In this document: in pieces, positions 56,123 through 64,000 of the stretch
Layout of the letters: every line of letters starts with the position of its first letter
Position numbering within the stretch: the first letter of the stretch is position 1
Origin: an uncultured Clostridium sp.
GTDB lineage: Bacteria; Bacillota_I; Bacilli_A; RF39; UBA660
Assembly (NCBI GenBank): GCA_964578175.1
Contig: CAZOBH010000002.1
Span: 1,304 to 65,303, forward strand
Direction of reading: 5' to 3'
Length of the DNA stretch: 64,000 nt
Translations under genes and position numbers: made by a program
The notes under the pieces: generated by a model
What the model was told of the DNA's origin: nothing
The model's database searches: none
The model's input: only the letters and a program-made list of their open reading frames with translations

Positions 56123-57049
56123 ATGCATGTTAGTGTACTCTTAAGGGAATCATTAGAAGGATTAAATATCAAAGATAATGGAATTTATGTCGATTGTACT
56201 TTGGGTTATGGAGGTCATTCTAGTGAAATATTAAAAAGAATAAAAAGGGATGGACACTTATTCGCCTTCGATCAAGATAATGAAGCAATTAATTCTAGCA
56301 AAAAAAGACTTGGTGAGATTAGTAATAATTTTGATATCATCAACAGTAATTTTGTAAATATTAAAGAAGAATTAAACAAAAGGGGAATTGAAAAAGTTGA
56401 TGGAATACTATTTGATTTAGGTGTTTCATCACCCCAATTAGATGAAGATGAAAGAGGTTTTAGTTTTCATCATGATGCGTATCTTGATATGAGAATGAAT
56501 CAAGAACAAAAACTTACAGCTCACTATGTAGTAAATAACTACACAGAGGAAGAATTAACAAAAATATTTTTTAAATACGGTGAAGAAAAATATGCCCGTA
56601 GCATAGCTAGAAACATAGTTAAAAGTCGAGAAGCTAAATCAATTGATACTACCTTAGAACTAGCTGAAATTATTAAATCTTCGGTACCTATGAAAGCAAG
56701 AAAGGAAAAACATCCTGCTAGAAAGGTTTTTCAAGCTATAAGAATAGAAGTAAATGATGAATTAAATGTTTTAGAACAAGCATTGAAAGATAGTTTACAA
56801 CTACTCAATATAGGTGGAAGAATTTCAGTAATCACTTTCCATTCTCTTGAAGATAGAATAGTAAAAAATATCTTTAGAGAAGTTAGTGAAATAGATCCTA
56901 AAGTTAAAGGATTGCCTGAAATACCTGAAGAATATAAACCTTCATTTAAACTTGTTAATAATAAAGTTATTGTTCCAAGTGAAGATGAAATTAACCTAAA
57001 TCCTCGAGCTAGAAGTAGTAAATTAAGAATAATTGAGAGAATCAAGTAA
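56123..57049 (+). CDS. rsmH: 16S rRNA (cytosine1402-N4)-methyltransferase
   Basis: HVSVLL.E, DCTLGYGGHS, FDLGVSSPQLD, FHSLEDRIVK and NPRARSSKLR. Confidence 0.95.
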   Translation: MHVSVLLRESLEGLNIKDNGIYVDCTLGYGGHSSEILKRIKRDGHLFAFDQDNEAINSSKKRLGEISNNFDIINSNFVNIKEELNKRGIEKVDGILFDLGVSSPQLDEDERGFSFHHDAYLDMRMNQEQKLTAHYVVNNYTEEELTKIFFKYGEEKYARSIARNIVKSREAKSIDTTLELAEIIKSSVPMKARKEKHPARKVFQAIRIEVNDELNVLEQALKDSLQLLNIGGRISVITFHSLEDRIVKNIFREVSEIDPKVKGLPEIPEEYKPSFKLVNNKVIVPSEDEINLNPRARSSKLRIIERIK

Positions 57050-57060
57050 AGGAGAATTAT

Positions 57061-57366
57061 ATGAAAAAGAGAAAAGTTAAAAAAGTATTAAAGATTACGA
57101 AATTTGAAAAACTTTTATATGGATTAACATTATTTTTGATTGTATTATCTCCACTTGCTATAGTATTTTCACAAGCAACTTTGTCAAAGATCAACTACGA
57201 TGTAGAAAGACTTAAAACAGAGGTTGGAAGTGAAGAGAAGAGAAATGAAAGTTTATCGATGAAAATTAGTGAGCTAGCATCACTTGACAAGATAAAGGAA
57301 GTTGCAGAATCACAAGGATTAAGTTATAATGATAATAATATAAGACTAGTTGATAAAGCAAATTAA
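57061..57366 (+). CDS. ftsL: Cell division protein FtsL
   Basis: 101 aa, basic N-terminus, single TM helix and a coiled-coil ectodomain. The position between rsmH and the PBP is conserved. Confidence 0.65.
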   Translation: MKKRKVKKVLKITKFEKLLYGLTLFLIVLSPLAIVFSQATLSKINYDVERLKTEVGSEEKRNESLSMKISELASLDKIKEVAESQGLSYNDNNIRLVDKAN

Positions 57367-57381
57367 GGAAAGTGATTTACG

Positions 57382-59601
57382 ATGAAAAAGAAGAAGAAAG
57401 ATATAGAAAAAAATACCGTCAGACTACCATGGTATGTAATTCTTATTGGACTTCTTCTTTTCATTTTCATAATAGCAAGAGTTTCATACTTAGCTTTATC
57501 AAAAGACGTTGATGGAATTGATATTCAAGCATTTGCTAGTTCTCGTAATAGTACTCGTAAAATTTTACCTGCTGAACGTGGAACTATATATGATGTTAAT
57601 GGTAATGTCTTAGCTGAAACTGTTTATTCATATACATTAATAGCTTATTTAGATCAATCTAGAACTACTAATATAAAAAATCCACAACATGTAATAGATA
57701 AAGAATATACTGCATCTGAATTATCTAAAGTTATAGATTTATCTAAAGAAGATATTTTAAAATATTTAAATAAAGACAATGTTTATCAAACAGAATTTGG
57801 AACTAAAGGAAAAGGTTTATCTGAAATAGAAAAAGATAAAATTAAAGATTTAAACTTACCTGGAATAGATTTTATAGAAACTAAAAAAAGATATTATCCA
57901 TATGGTAATTTTATGTCATATACAATAGGTTATGCAGTAGAAAAACAAGTAGAAGATGAACATGGTAATAAGATTAATAAATTAGTGGGTCAAATGGGAA
58001 TAGAAAAATATTATGATGATATTTTAAATGGTAAAGAAGGATATTCTTTCTATCAAAGAGATCGTAATGGATATAAAATACCTGGAACTAATGAAATAAC
58101 TGTTAGTGCTGTAAATGGTAGTGATATTTATTTAAGTGTAGATGTTAATGTAGAAATGTTCTTAGAAGAAGCACTTCAAAATGCACAAAAGAAGAAATAT
58201 AAATGGGAATGGTATACCATTATGGTAGCTGACGCTAAAAGTGGAGCAATACTTGGATCTATTACTAATCCTTCATTTAACCTAAATAATAGAAATGATA
58301 TTAAAAACTACTTAGATTATAATGTTGCTGTTGCTTTTGAACCTGGAAGTACGATGAAGACTTGGACTTATATGGCAGTTATGGAAAATAGTAAATATAA
58401 TGGAAGTGCAAAATACAAATCAGGTATATATAAAACTGAAGATGGAACTGAAATTGGTGACTGGAAAAGAACTGGATGGGGAAACATTTCATATGATAGA
58501 GGTTATGCTTTAAGTTCTAATACAGGAATTATTTCATTATTAAGAAAAAATATTAATAAGACTATTTTAAGACAATATTTTAGTAAATTAGGTTTTGGTA
58601 CAACTACCAATATAACTTTACCTAATGAAGTTAATGGAGATATTGGATTTAAATATGAAACAGAATATTATAATGCAGGATTTGGACAAGGTATTACAAC
58701 AACTCCAATTCAAAATATCAAAGCATTAACTTCTATTTCTAATGATGGTATGTTACTTCAACCATATATTGTAGATAGAATAGTAGATGCATCTGGTACA
58801 GTTACCACAAAGAATACTAGAACTGAATTATATAGAGTAGCTTCTAAGAATACTACTGATAAAATGAGAGATCTAATGGAAGGTGTTATATCAGGTAATG
58901 TTAATACTTGTACTGGTTATCCTTATTATATGAAGGGATATGATTTAATTATTAAGACAGGTTCAGCTCAAGTATCTTCAAAGTCTGGATACGATACAGG
59001 AGAAGTTATTAAAGGAATTATTGGTATGTGGCCTAAGAATGATCCTCAAATAATATTCTATGTAGCTGCTAAAAAGCCAAATGATGGTTCTGGTGGTAGA
59101 GTAAAACCAATGTCTAGTGTTATTAAAGAAATAGTTAAAAATATAAGTAGTTATTATGAAATATATGGAAATAAAACTACTAATGTAATTAGTAAAAAAG
59201 ATAAAAGTATTAAATTATCTAGTTATATAAGTAAAAATACTGATACTATTTATAAAGATTTAACTAGTCAAGGATATAAAGTAATATTAGTAGGTGAAGG
59301 AGATAAAATTATTAAACAATATCCTAATAAAGATAGTGAAGTTACTACTAAAGATAAAATATTCTTAATTACTAATGGTGAAATTAAAATGCCAGATTTA
59401 AAAGGATATAGTTTAGGAGATGCTAAGACTTTATTAAATCTTTTAGATATAAAAGTTAAATATACAGGTAATGGATATGTAAAAGAACAATCTATTGCTA
59501 AGGATACTGTTATTACTGATCAAAAAGAAATAACTCTTGTACTAGTAGATAATCTACCGAAAGTAGAGGATAATGAAAAAGAAAAAGATGATTCAAAATA
59601 G
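57382..59601 (+). CDS. Class B penicillin-binding protein (PBP2B/FtsI-type transpeptidase) with C-terminal PASTA repeats
   Basis: N-terminal TM helix, dimerisation domain, SxxK (GSTMK), SxN (SSN) and KTG (KTGSAQ), plus two PASTA-like modules near the C-terminus. Confidence 0.88.
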   Translation: MKKKKKDIEKNTVRLPWYVILIGLLLFIFIIARVSYLALSKDVDGIDIQAFASSRNSTRKILPAERGTIYDVNGNVLAETVYSYTLIAYLDQSRTTNIKNPQHVIDKEYTASELSKVIDLSKEDILKYLNKDNVYQTEFGTKGKGLSEIEKDKIKDLNLPGIDFIETKKRYYPYGNFMSYTIGYAVEKQVEDEHGNKINKLVGQMGIEKYYDDILNGKEGYSFYQRDRNGYKIPGTNEITVSAVNGSDIYLSVDVNVEMFLEEALQNAQKKKYKWEWYTIMVADAKSGAILGSITNPSFNLNNRNDIKNYLDYNVAVAFEPGSTMKTWTYMAVMENSKYNGSAKYKSGIYKTEDGTEIGDWKRTGWGNISYDRGYALSSNTGIISLLRKNINKTILRQYFSKLGFGTTTNITLPNEVNGDIGFKYETEYYNAGFGQGITTTPIQNIKALTSISNDGMLLQPYIVDRIVDASGTVTTKNTRTELYRVASKNTTDKMRDLMEGVISGNVNTCTGYPYYMKGYDLIIKTGSAQVSSKSGYDTGEVIKGIIGMWPKNDPQIIFYVAAKKPNDGSGGRVKPMSSVIKEIVKNISSYYEIYGNKTTNVISKKDKSIKLSSYISKNTDTIYKDLTSQGYKVILVGEGDKIIKQYPNKDSEVTTKDKIFLITNGEIKMPDLKGYSLGDAKTLLNLLDIKVKYTGNGYVKEQSIAKDTVITDQKEITLVLVDNLPKVEDNEKEKDDSK

Positions 59602-59610
59602 AATCATCTT
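59585..59610. terminator. Bidirectional hairpin built from the 3' ends of the convergent pbp and def genes
   Basis: Perfect 10-bp stem aagatgattc / gaatcatctt with loop aaaata. Confidence 0.55.
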
Positions 59611-60159
59611 TTATATTGCTCTATATTTATCTTTTCCTTTAAATGGATTATTAGGGTCTATTTTATCTACAAATAATATTCCATTTAAATGATCTAGTTC
59701 ATGTTGGAAACATATTGCTAAATCTTCTCTTACTCTATATTCTTGTAAATTACCTTCGGTATCATATGCTTGCATTGTTATTCTAGCATGTCTTGGGACT
59801 ATTCCAGGAACAGGTCTATTTACACTAAGACATCCTTCTCCTTCTTCAACATAAATCATTTCTTTTGATTCAGATACTATTTTAGGATTTATAAGAATAT
59901 AATTATCAAATTTACCTTCTTCGTATTCATATACTACAACAAAATATCTTTTAAGAACTCCAAGTTGTACTGCAGAAAGTCCCATTCCAGGTCTTAAATT
60001 ATATTTTTCTGCTTCTTCTGGTATTTGGCTTTTAGTTAAATGATCAATCATTTCATCGATTAATTTTAAGTCTTTTTCACTCATTGGAAATTCTACTTCT
60101 TTAGATTTTTGATGTAATAATTTATTTTTTTCATCTAATATATCTTTATCTTTTATCAT
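59611..60159 (-). CDS. def: Peptide deformylase
   Basis: GMGLSAVQLG, EGCLS and HELDHLNG. I prefer the ATG at 60159 over the GTG at 60171. Confidence 0.93.
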   Translation of the reverse strand: MIKDKDILDEKNKLLHQKSKEVEFPMSEKDLKLIDEMIDHLTKSQIPEEAEKYNLRPGMGLSAVQLGVLKRYFVVVYEYEEGKFDNYILINPKIVSESKEMIYVEEGEGCLSVNRPVPGIVPRHARITMQAYDTEGNLQEYRVREDLAICFQHELDHLNGILFVDKIDPNNPFKGKDKYRAI

Positions 60160-60271
60160 AGGCCACCCCACTAGGTATATTTTATCACAAAATCTTTAAA
60201 AATAAAGAATTTTTAACTTATTAATATGATATAATTTAAATGTTTGGTTATAATATTATAAGGAGGTAATC

Positions 60272-62440
60272 ATGAATACTTATATTAAAGGTGAATACAA
60301 AAAAAGTTTATTTATTGGCGATAATGGTTACCTTGTAGGTCTATTTAAAGTGAAAGACGCTGATAAAATTAATAGTGATTATATTAATAAAACAGTAATT
60401 TTTACTGGATATTTTCATGAAATAAATGACAGTGATACATATATATTTTATGGTAGTTTCGTTAATCATAAAAAGTATGGAGAACAATTTAGTGTCGATA
60501 AATATGAAAGAGTTATGCCAGAAGAAAAAGACGCTATAGTTGATTTTTTATCAAGTGATTTATTTAAAGGAATAGGTGAGGCTAAAGCTAAAAAAATAGT
60601 AAATGCTCTTGGAAAAAATACATTAGATATAATAATGAAAAATCCTGAAAAATTAGAAAGTATTCCAAGTATTACAAAAAAACAAGCTAAGTTATTACAT
60701 GATACTTTAGAAGAATATCAATCAAGTTATAAAATTATTTTAAAATTACAAGAACTTGGTTTTAATACTAAGGATAGTATGATAATTTATTCTAAATATA
60801 AAAATAGAACATTAGAAGTTATTGAAGATAATATTTATAGATTATTTATAGATATTAAAGAAATTTCATTTAAAAAGATAGATAGTATTGCTTTAAATAC
60901 AATAGAATATGATGATACAAGAAGAATAGAAGCTGGAATAATATATGTAATGAATGAAATATATTTTAATCTTGGTCATAGTTATTTATATTTAGAAGAA
61001 ATCTATAGTTATTTAATTAGAGCTTTAAATAATAGAATAGATATGGAAAAGTTCAATGAAGCAATAAAGAATTTGAAATTAGATTTAGAATTAATTAATA
61101 AAGAAAATAATTATTATTTAAGATATATGTATGAAGATGAAGTATTAATATCTAATACAGTAAAATATTTAATTAGTAAAAAAGATTTAAAATTATCAAA
61201 GTTAGAAACATATTTGGATAATTATGAAGAAATAGAAAGAATTAAATATAATGAAGAACAAAAACAAGCTATTAAACTATCTTTAACAAAGCATTTCTTT
61301 ATTATTACTGGTGGACCAGGAACAGGTAAAACAACAATTGTAAGAGCAATACTTGATTTATATAGAAGTATTAATAAATTATCTTATAAAGAAATGATGG
61401 AAAAAGTACAAATTCTAGCACCTACTGGTAGAGCAGCTAAAAGACTAACTGAGACTACATATCTTCCAGCATCAACTATTCATAGGTTTTTAAAATGGAA
61501 TAAAGATTTAGATAAATTCCAAGTTAATGAACATAATAAAAGTGATGTAGAATTTGTTATAATTGATGAAGCAAGTATGGTAGATGTAAACTTATTTGCA
61601 TCACTTTTAAGAGGACTTAAAAAAGATGTTAGAATAATTATGGTAGGTGATTATAATCAATTACCTAGTGTTGGACCTGGACAAGTTCTTAAAGATTTAA
61701 TTGAATCTGATAAAGTAGAGAAAGTAATTCTTAAGAACTTATATCGACAAGCAAAAGGATCTAATATAGTTACATTAGCTTATGATTTAAATGAAGGTAA
61801 TATTGATAAAAACTTATTTGAAGATGATTATTTAAAATTAATAGAAGTTCCTTCATCTAAATTAATTGATTCAATTAAAGATATATGTATAGAATATAAA
61901 GATTCAGATTATAAAGATTTTCAAATACTTGTACCAATGTATAAAACAATTAATGGTATAGATAATATTAATAAAATAGCTCAAGATATATTTAATCCAA
62001 AAGATCCTAAAAAGAATGAAATTAAAGTAGGAGATGTTATCTATAGAGAAAATGATAAAGTATTAGAACTTACTAATATGCCTGATGAAAATATATATAA
62101 TGGAGATATTGGAATAATATCTAAAATAGATAAAAAGGATATATATATTGATTTCTATGGAAATATAGTTAAATTTACTCCAGCTAATTTTATTAATTTT
62201 AAACATGGTTACGCTATAAGTATTCATAAGAGTCAAGGAAGTGAATTCAAAACAGTTGTTATACCCGTTAGTCCAGAATATAAGAAGATGTTATATAGAA
62301 AACTGTATTATACTGGTGTAACTAGAGCTAAAGAACGTCTTTATATAATAGGGGATTATAATTCACTTGTTACTGCATCTCTAAATAATAGTTATGATAT
62401 AAGACGTACAACAATTAAAGATTTGTTAAAAATATCTTAA
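60272..62440 (+). CDS. recD2: ATP-dependent RecD2-type (SF1B) DNA helicase
   Basis: N-terminal OB/HhH part, Walker A GGPGTGKTT, Walker B IIDEASMV, GD.NQLPSVGPG, and the C-terminal SIHKSQGSEF. Confidence 0.88.
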   Translation: MNTYIKGEYKKSLFIGDNGYLVGLFKVKDADKINSDYINKTVIFTGYFHEINDSDTYIFYGSFVNHKKYGEQFSVDKYERVMPEEKDAIVDFLSSDLFKGIGEAKAKKIVNALGKNTLDIIMKNPEKLESIPSITKKQAKLLHDTLEEYQSSYKIILKLQELGFNTKDSMIIYSKYKNRTLEVIEDNIYRLFIDIKEISFKKIDSIALNTIEYDDTRRIEAGIIYVMNEIYFNLGHSYLYLEEIYSYLIRALNNRIDMEKFNEAIKNLKLDLELINKENNYYLRYMYEDEVLISNTVKYLISKKDLKLSKLETYLDNYEEIERIKYNEEQKQAIKLSLTKHFFIITGGPGTGKTTIVRAILDLYRSINKLSYKEMMEKVQILAPTGRAAKRLTETTYLPASTIHRFLKWNKDLDKFQVNEHNKSDVEFVIIDEASMVDVNLFASLLRGLKKDVRIIMVGDYNQLPSVGPGQVLKDLIESDKVEKVILKNLYRQAKGSNIVTLAYDLNEGNIDKNLFEDDYLKLIEVPSSKLIDSIKDICIEYKDSDYKDFQILVPMYKTINGIDNINKIAQDIFNPKDPKKNEIKVGDVIYRENDKVLELTNMPDENIYNGDIGIISKIDKKDIYIDFYGNIVKFTPANFINFKHGYAISIHKSQGSEFKTVVIPVSPEYKKMLYRKLYYTGVTRAKERLYIIGDYNSLVTASLNNSYDIRRTTIKDLLKIS

Positions 62441-62483
62441 CTAAAAAAAATAGTTATGATAAACTTATAATAGGAGTGATACT

Positions 62484-63704
62484 ATGAATAAAAGGAATGA
62501 TAAGGATAAAAAAGAAATTAATTATCAAAGATTAAATGAATTAATCAGTCTTAGTAATAAATTTATGAAGTTTATTTATGTAGTTTGTATTCTTGCATTT
62601 TTAGTTATGGCTATTCATGTAGCTAAACAAACTCATATATTTGGTTTTATTGGAGAAATATTAAGCGTACTTACTGCCTTCTTTATAGGAATAATTATAG
62701 CTTGGTTATTTGATCCAATTGTTACTTATCTCCAAGAGAAAGGTGTTAAAAGACTACTCGGAGTATTGCTTATATATGTAGTTTTATTATGTGCATTAAT
62801 TATTTCTGGTAGTTTCTTAATTCCATCTTTAACTAATCAAATAAAAGAGATTATAATGGATGCACCAGATACTATTAGTAATTTATCTAGATGGTTCAAT
62901 GAATTATTAAGTAAATTATCTATTAGTTATAATTTAGATTATGTATCTGTAAGAGAAAATATATATGAATCATTAAGAAATTTAACTATATCATTTACAG
63001 TAGATATACCTAAGACAATAATTAATGTTACACAAACTATTTTTAATGGAGGACTTAATATTATAGTAGGACTTATTATTGGATTTTATATGTTAGTAGA
63101 TTTTGATAATGTTAAAAGTCATTTAGCTAATATAGTTCCTAGAAAATATCGTAGAGATATGTCAAAATTATCTAATGAATTAAATCGTAGTTTAAGAAAT
63201 TATGTATATGGAACACTTATTGTTGTATTAATATTATTTATATTCCAAAGTATAGGAATGTCTATAGCTGGTATGAGGGCTCCTTTAGTATTTGGATTGT
63301 TCTGTGCAATAACAAATATTATTCCTTATTTAGGGCCTTATTTAGGAGGAATTCCTTCAGTTGTTGTTGCATTTACTATTTCACCTCAAGTAGGAATAGG
63401 AGTACTTATTTCCGTATTTATATGTCAAGGATTAGAAAGTTATTTGTTAACTCCTACTATTATGAGTAAGACTATGAAATTACATCCTGTAACAATTATT
63501 ATTGGATTATTGTTATTTGGACATTTCTTTGGTATACTTGGTATGTTGTTTGCAACACCAATCATTTCATGTTTAAAAATAATTACTAACTTCTTTATTG
63601 AAAAATATTCATTATTTAATACTGATGAAATAGATGAAGATGTTAATGTATATCATGAAGAAGATTTGGAATTAGTAACAGAAACTGACAATTCAGAATT
63701 TTAG
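62484..63704 (+). CDS. AI-2E family (UPF0118/PerM-like) transporter, second copy
   Basis: Polytopic protein with the IPYLGPYLGGIP motif and an acidic C-terminal tail. Confidence 0.85.
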   Translation: MNKRNDKDKKEINYQRLNELISLSNKFMKFIYVVCILAFLVMAIHVAKQTHIFGFIGEILSVLTAFFIGIIIAWLFDPIVTYLQEKGVKRLLGVLLIYVVLLCALIISGSFLIPSLTNQIKEIIMDAPDTISNLSRWFNELLSKLSISYNLDYVSVRENIYESLRNLTISFTVDIPKTIINVTQTIFNGGLNIIVGLIIGFYMLVDFDNVKSHLANIVPRKYRRDMSKLSNELNRSLRNYVYGTLIVVLILFIFQSIGMSIAGMRAPLVFGLFCAITNIIPYLGPYLGGIPSVVVAFTISPQVGIGVLISVFICQGLESYLLTPTIMSKTMKLHPVTIIIGLLLFGHFFGILGMLFATPIISCLKIITNFFIEKYSLFNTDEIDEDVNVYHEEDLELVTETDNSEF

Positions 63705-63711
63705 ATGTGTT

Positions 63712-63887
63712 GAAGAAGAAGAGTATATATATGATTCTTTATAGAGAGTCTCTGCTGGTGGAAAAGAGATAAGATAGTATTTAGAAAGCTACTTTGGAGC
63801 ATCTCGGTAGAACCGTTATTGAAATTAAGATCCAAGTAGGATGGTACCGTGTTTTAACACTCCTATTACTTGGATCTTTTGTCTTTT
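63712..63887 (+). promoter_or_regulatory. T-box-like leader with an atypical expression platform, upstream of cmk
   Basis: gttgaagaag (GA motif), atagagag (AG bulge), ctggtggaa (distal loop), a candidate specifier GCU followed by A at 63788-63791, and the T-box sequence gtaggatggtaccgtg (63836-63851). The antiterminator core is clamped by a perfect 12-bp helix (63827-63838 with 63867-63878) and followed by a U-rich tract. Confidence 0.7.
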
Positions 63888-63889
63888 AG

Positions 63890-64000
<111 letters not shown>

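Noticed and set aside
56731-57045. 104-aa minus-strand ORF inside rsmH
   Set aside because: It lies entirely within the conserved RsmH coding frame and has a low-complexity Leu/Ser composition, so I treat it as spurious.
6086-63704. Two AI-2E family transporters (6086-7129 and 62484-63704) considered as a duplicated module
   Set aside because: The sequences are highly diverged and sit in unrelated contexts. Multiple AI-2E paralogs per genome are commonplace in Firmicutes.

Overview
This is a 64-kb chromosomal segment from a very AT-rich, low-GC Gram-positive bacterium (Bacillota). GC looks well under 30% by eye; I did not compute it. The standard genetic code applies, since TGA is used as a stop. 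T-box leaders, AddAB, ParE/ParC, a PASTA-containing PBP and an mraZ operon fit a Bacilli/Erysipelotrichia-like organism, but the genus cannot be called from sequence alone. Coding density is high and almost all genes are on the + strand. The housekeeping backbone runs murC, rel, dtd, rpsT, rlmD, rpsP-KH, uppS-cdsA-rseP, smc, ruvA-ruvB-queA, addB-addA, parE-parC, a CBS-type family II pyrophosphatase, pilC-pilD, dnaI, T-box-thrS, mraZ-rsmH-ftsL-pbp, def, recD2 and a T-box-like leader before cmk. I saw no rRNA, tRNA, CRISPR array, IS element, integrase or phage module. Five stretches are not explained by housekeeping functions:

- **8507-14620:** a tightly packed six-gene cluster of single-pass membrane-anchored proteins. 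It includes two zinc-ribbon anchors, an HExxH protein and a trypsin-fold protein with no catalytic triad.
- **15883-16688:** a displaced second copy of the rlmD 3' end plus degenerate repeats, which looks like an integration scar. It sits upstream of a patch of small stand-alone enzymes.
- **22570-24946:** an orphan soluble VirD4/TraG-type coupling-protein ATPase, followed by its own transcription unit of two tandem paralogous unknown proteins.
- **31820-33964:** a tandem array of four paralogous 4-TM proteins plus a decayed fifth copy, wedged between smc and ruvA.
- **63712-63898:** a T-box-like leader with a non-canonical expression platform in front of cmk.

All functional calls come from motifs I could read in the supplied translations. 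No database search was run.
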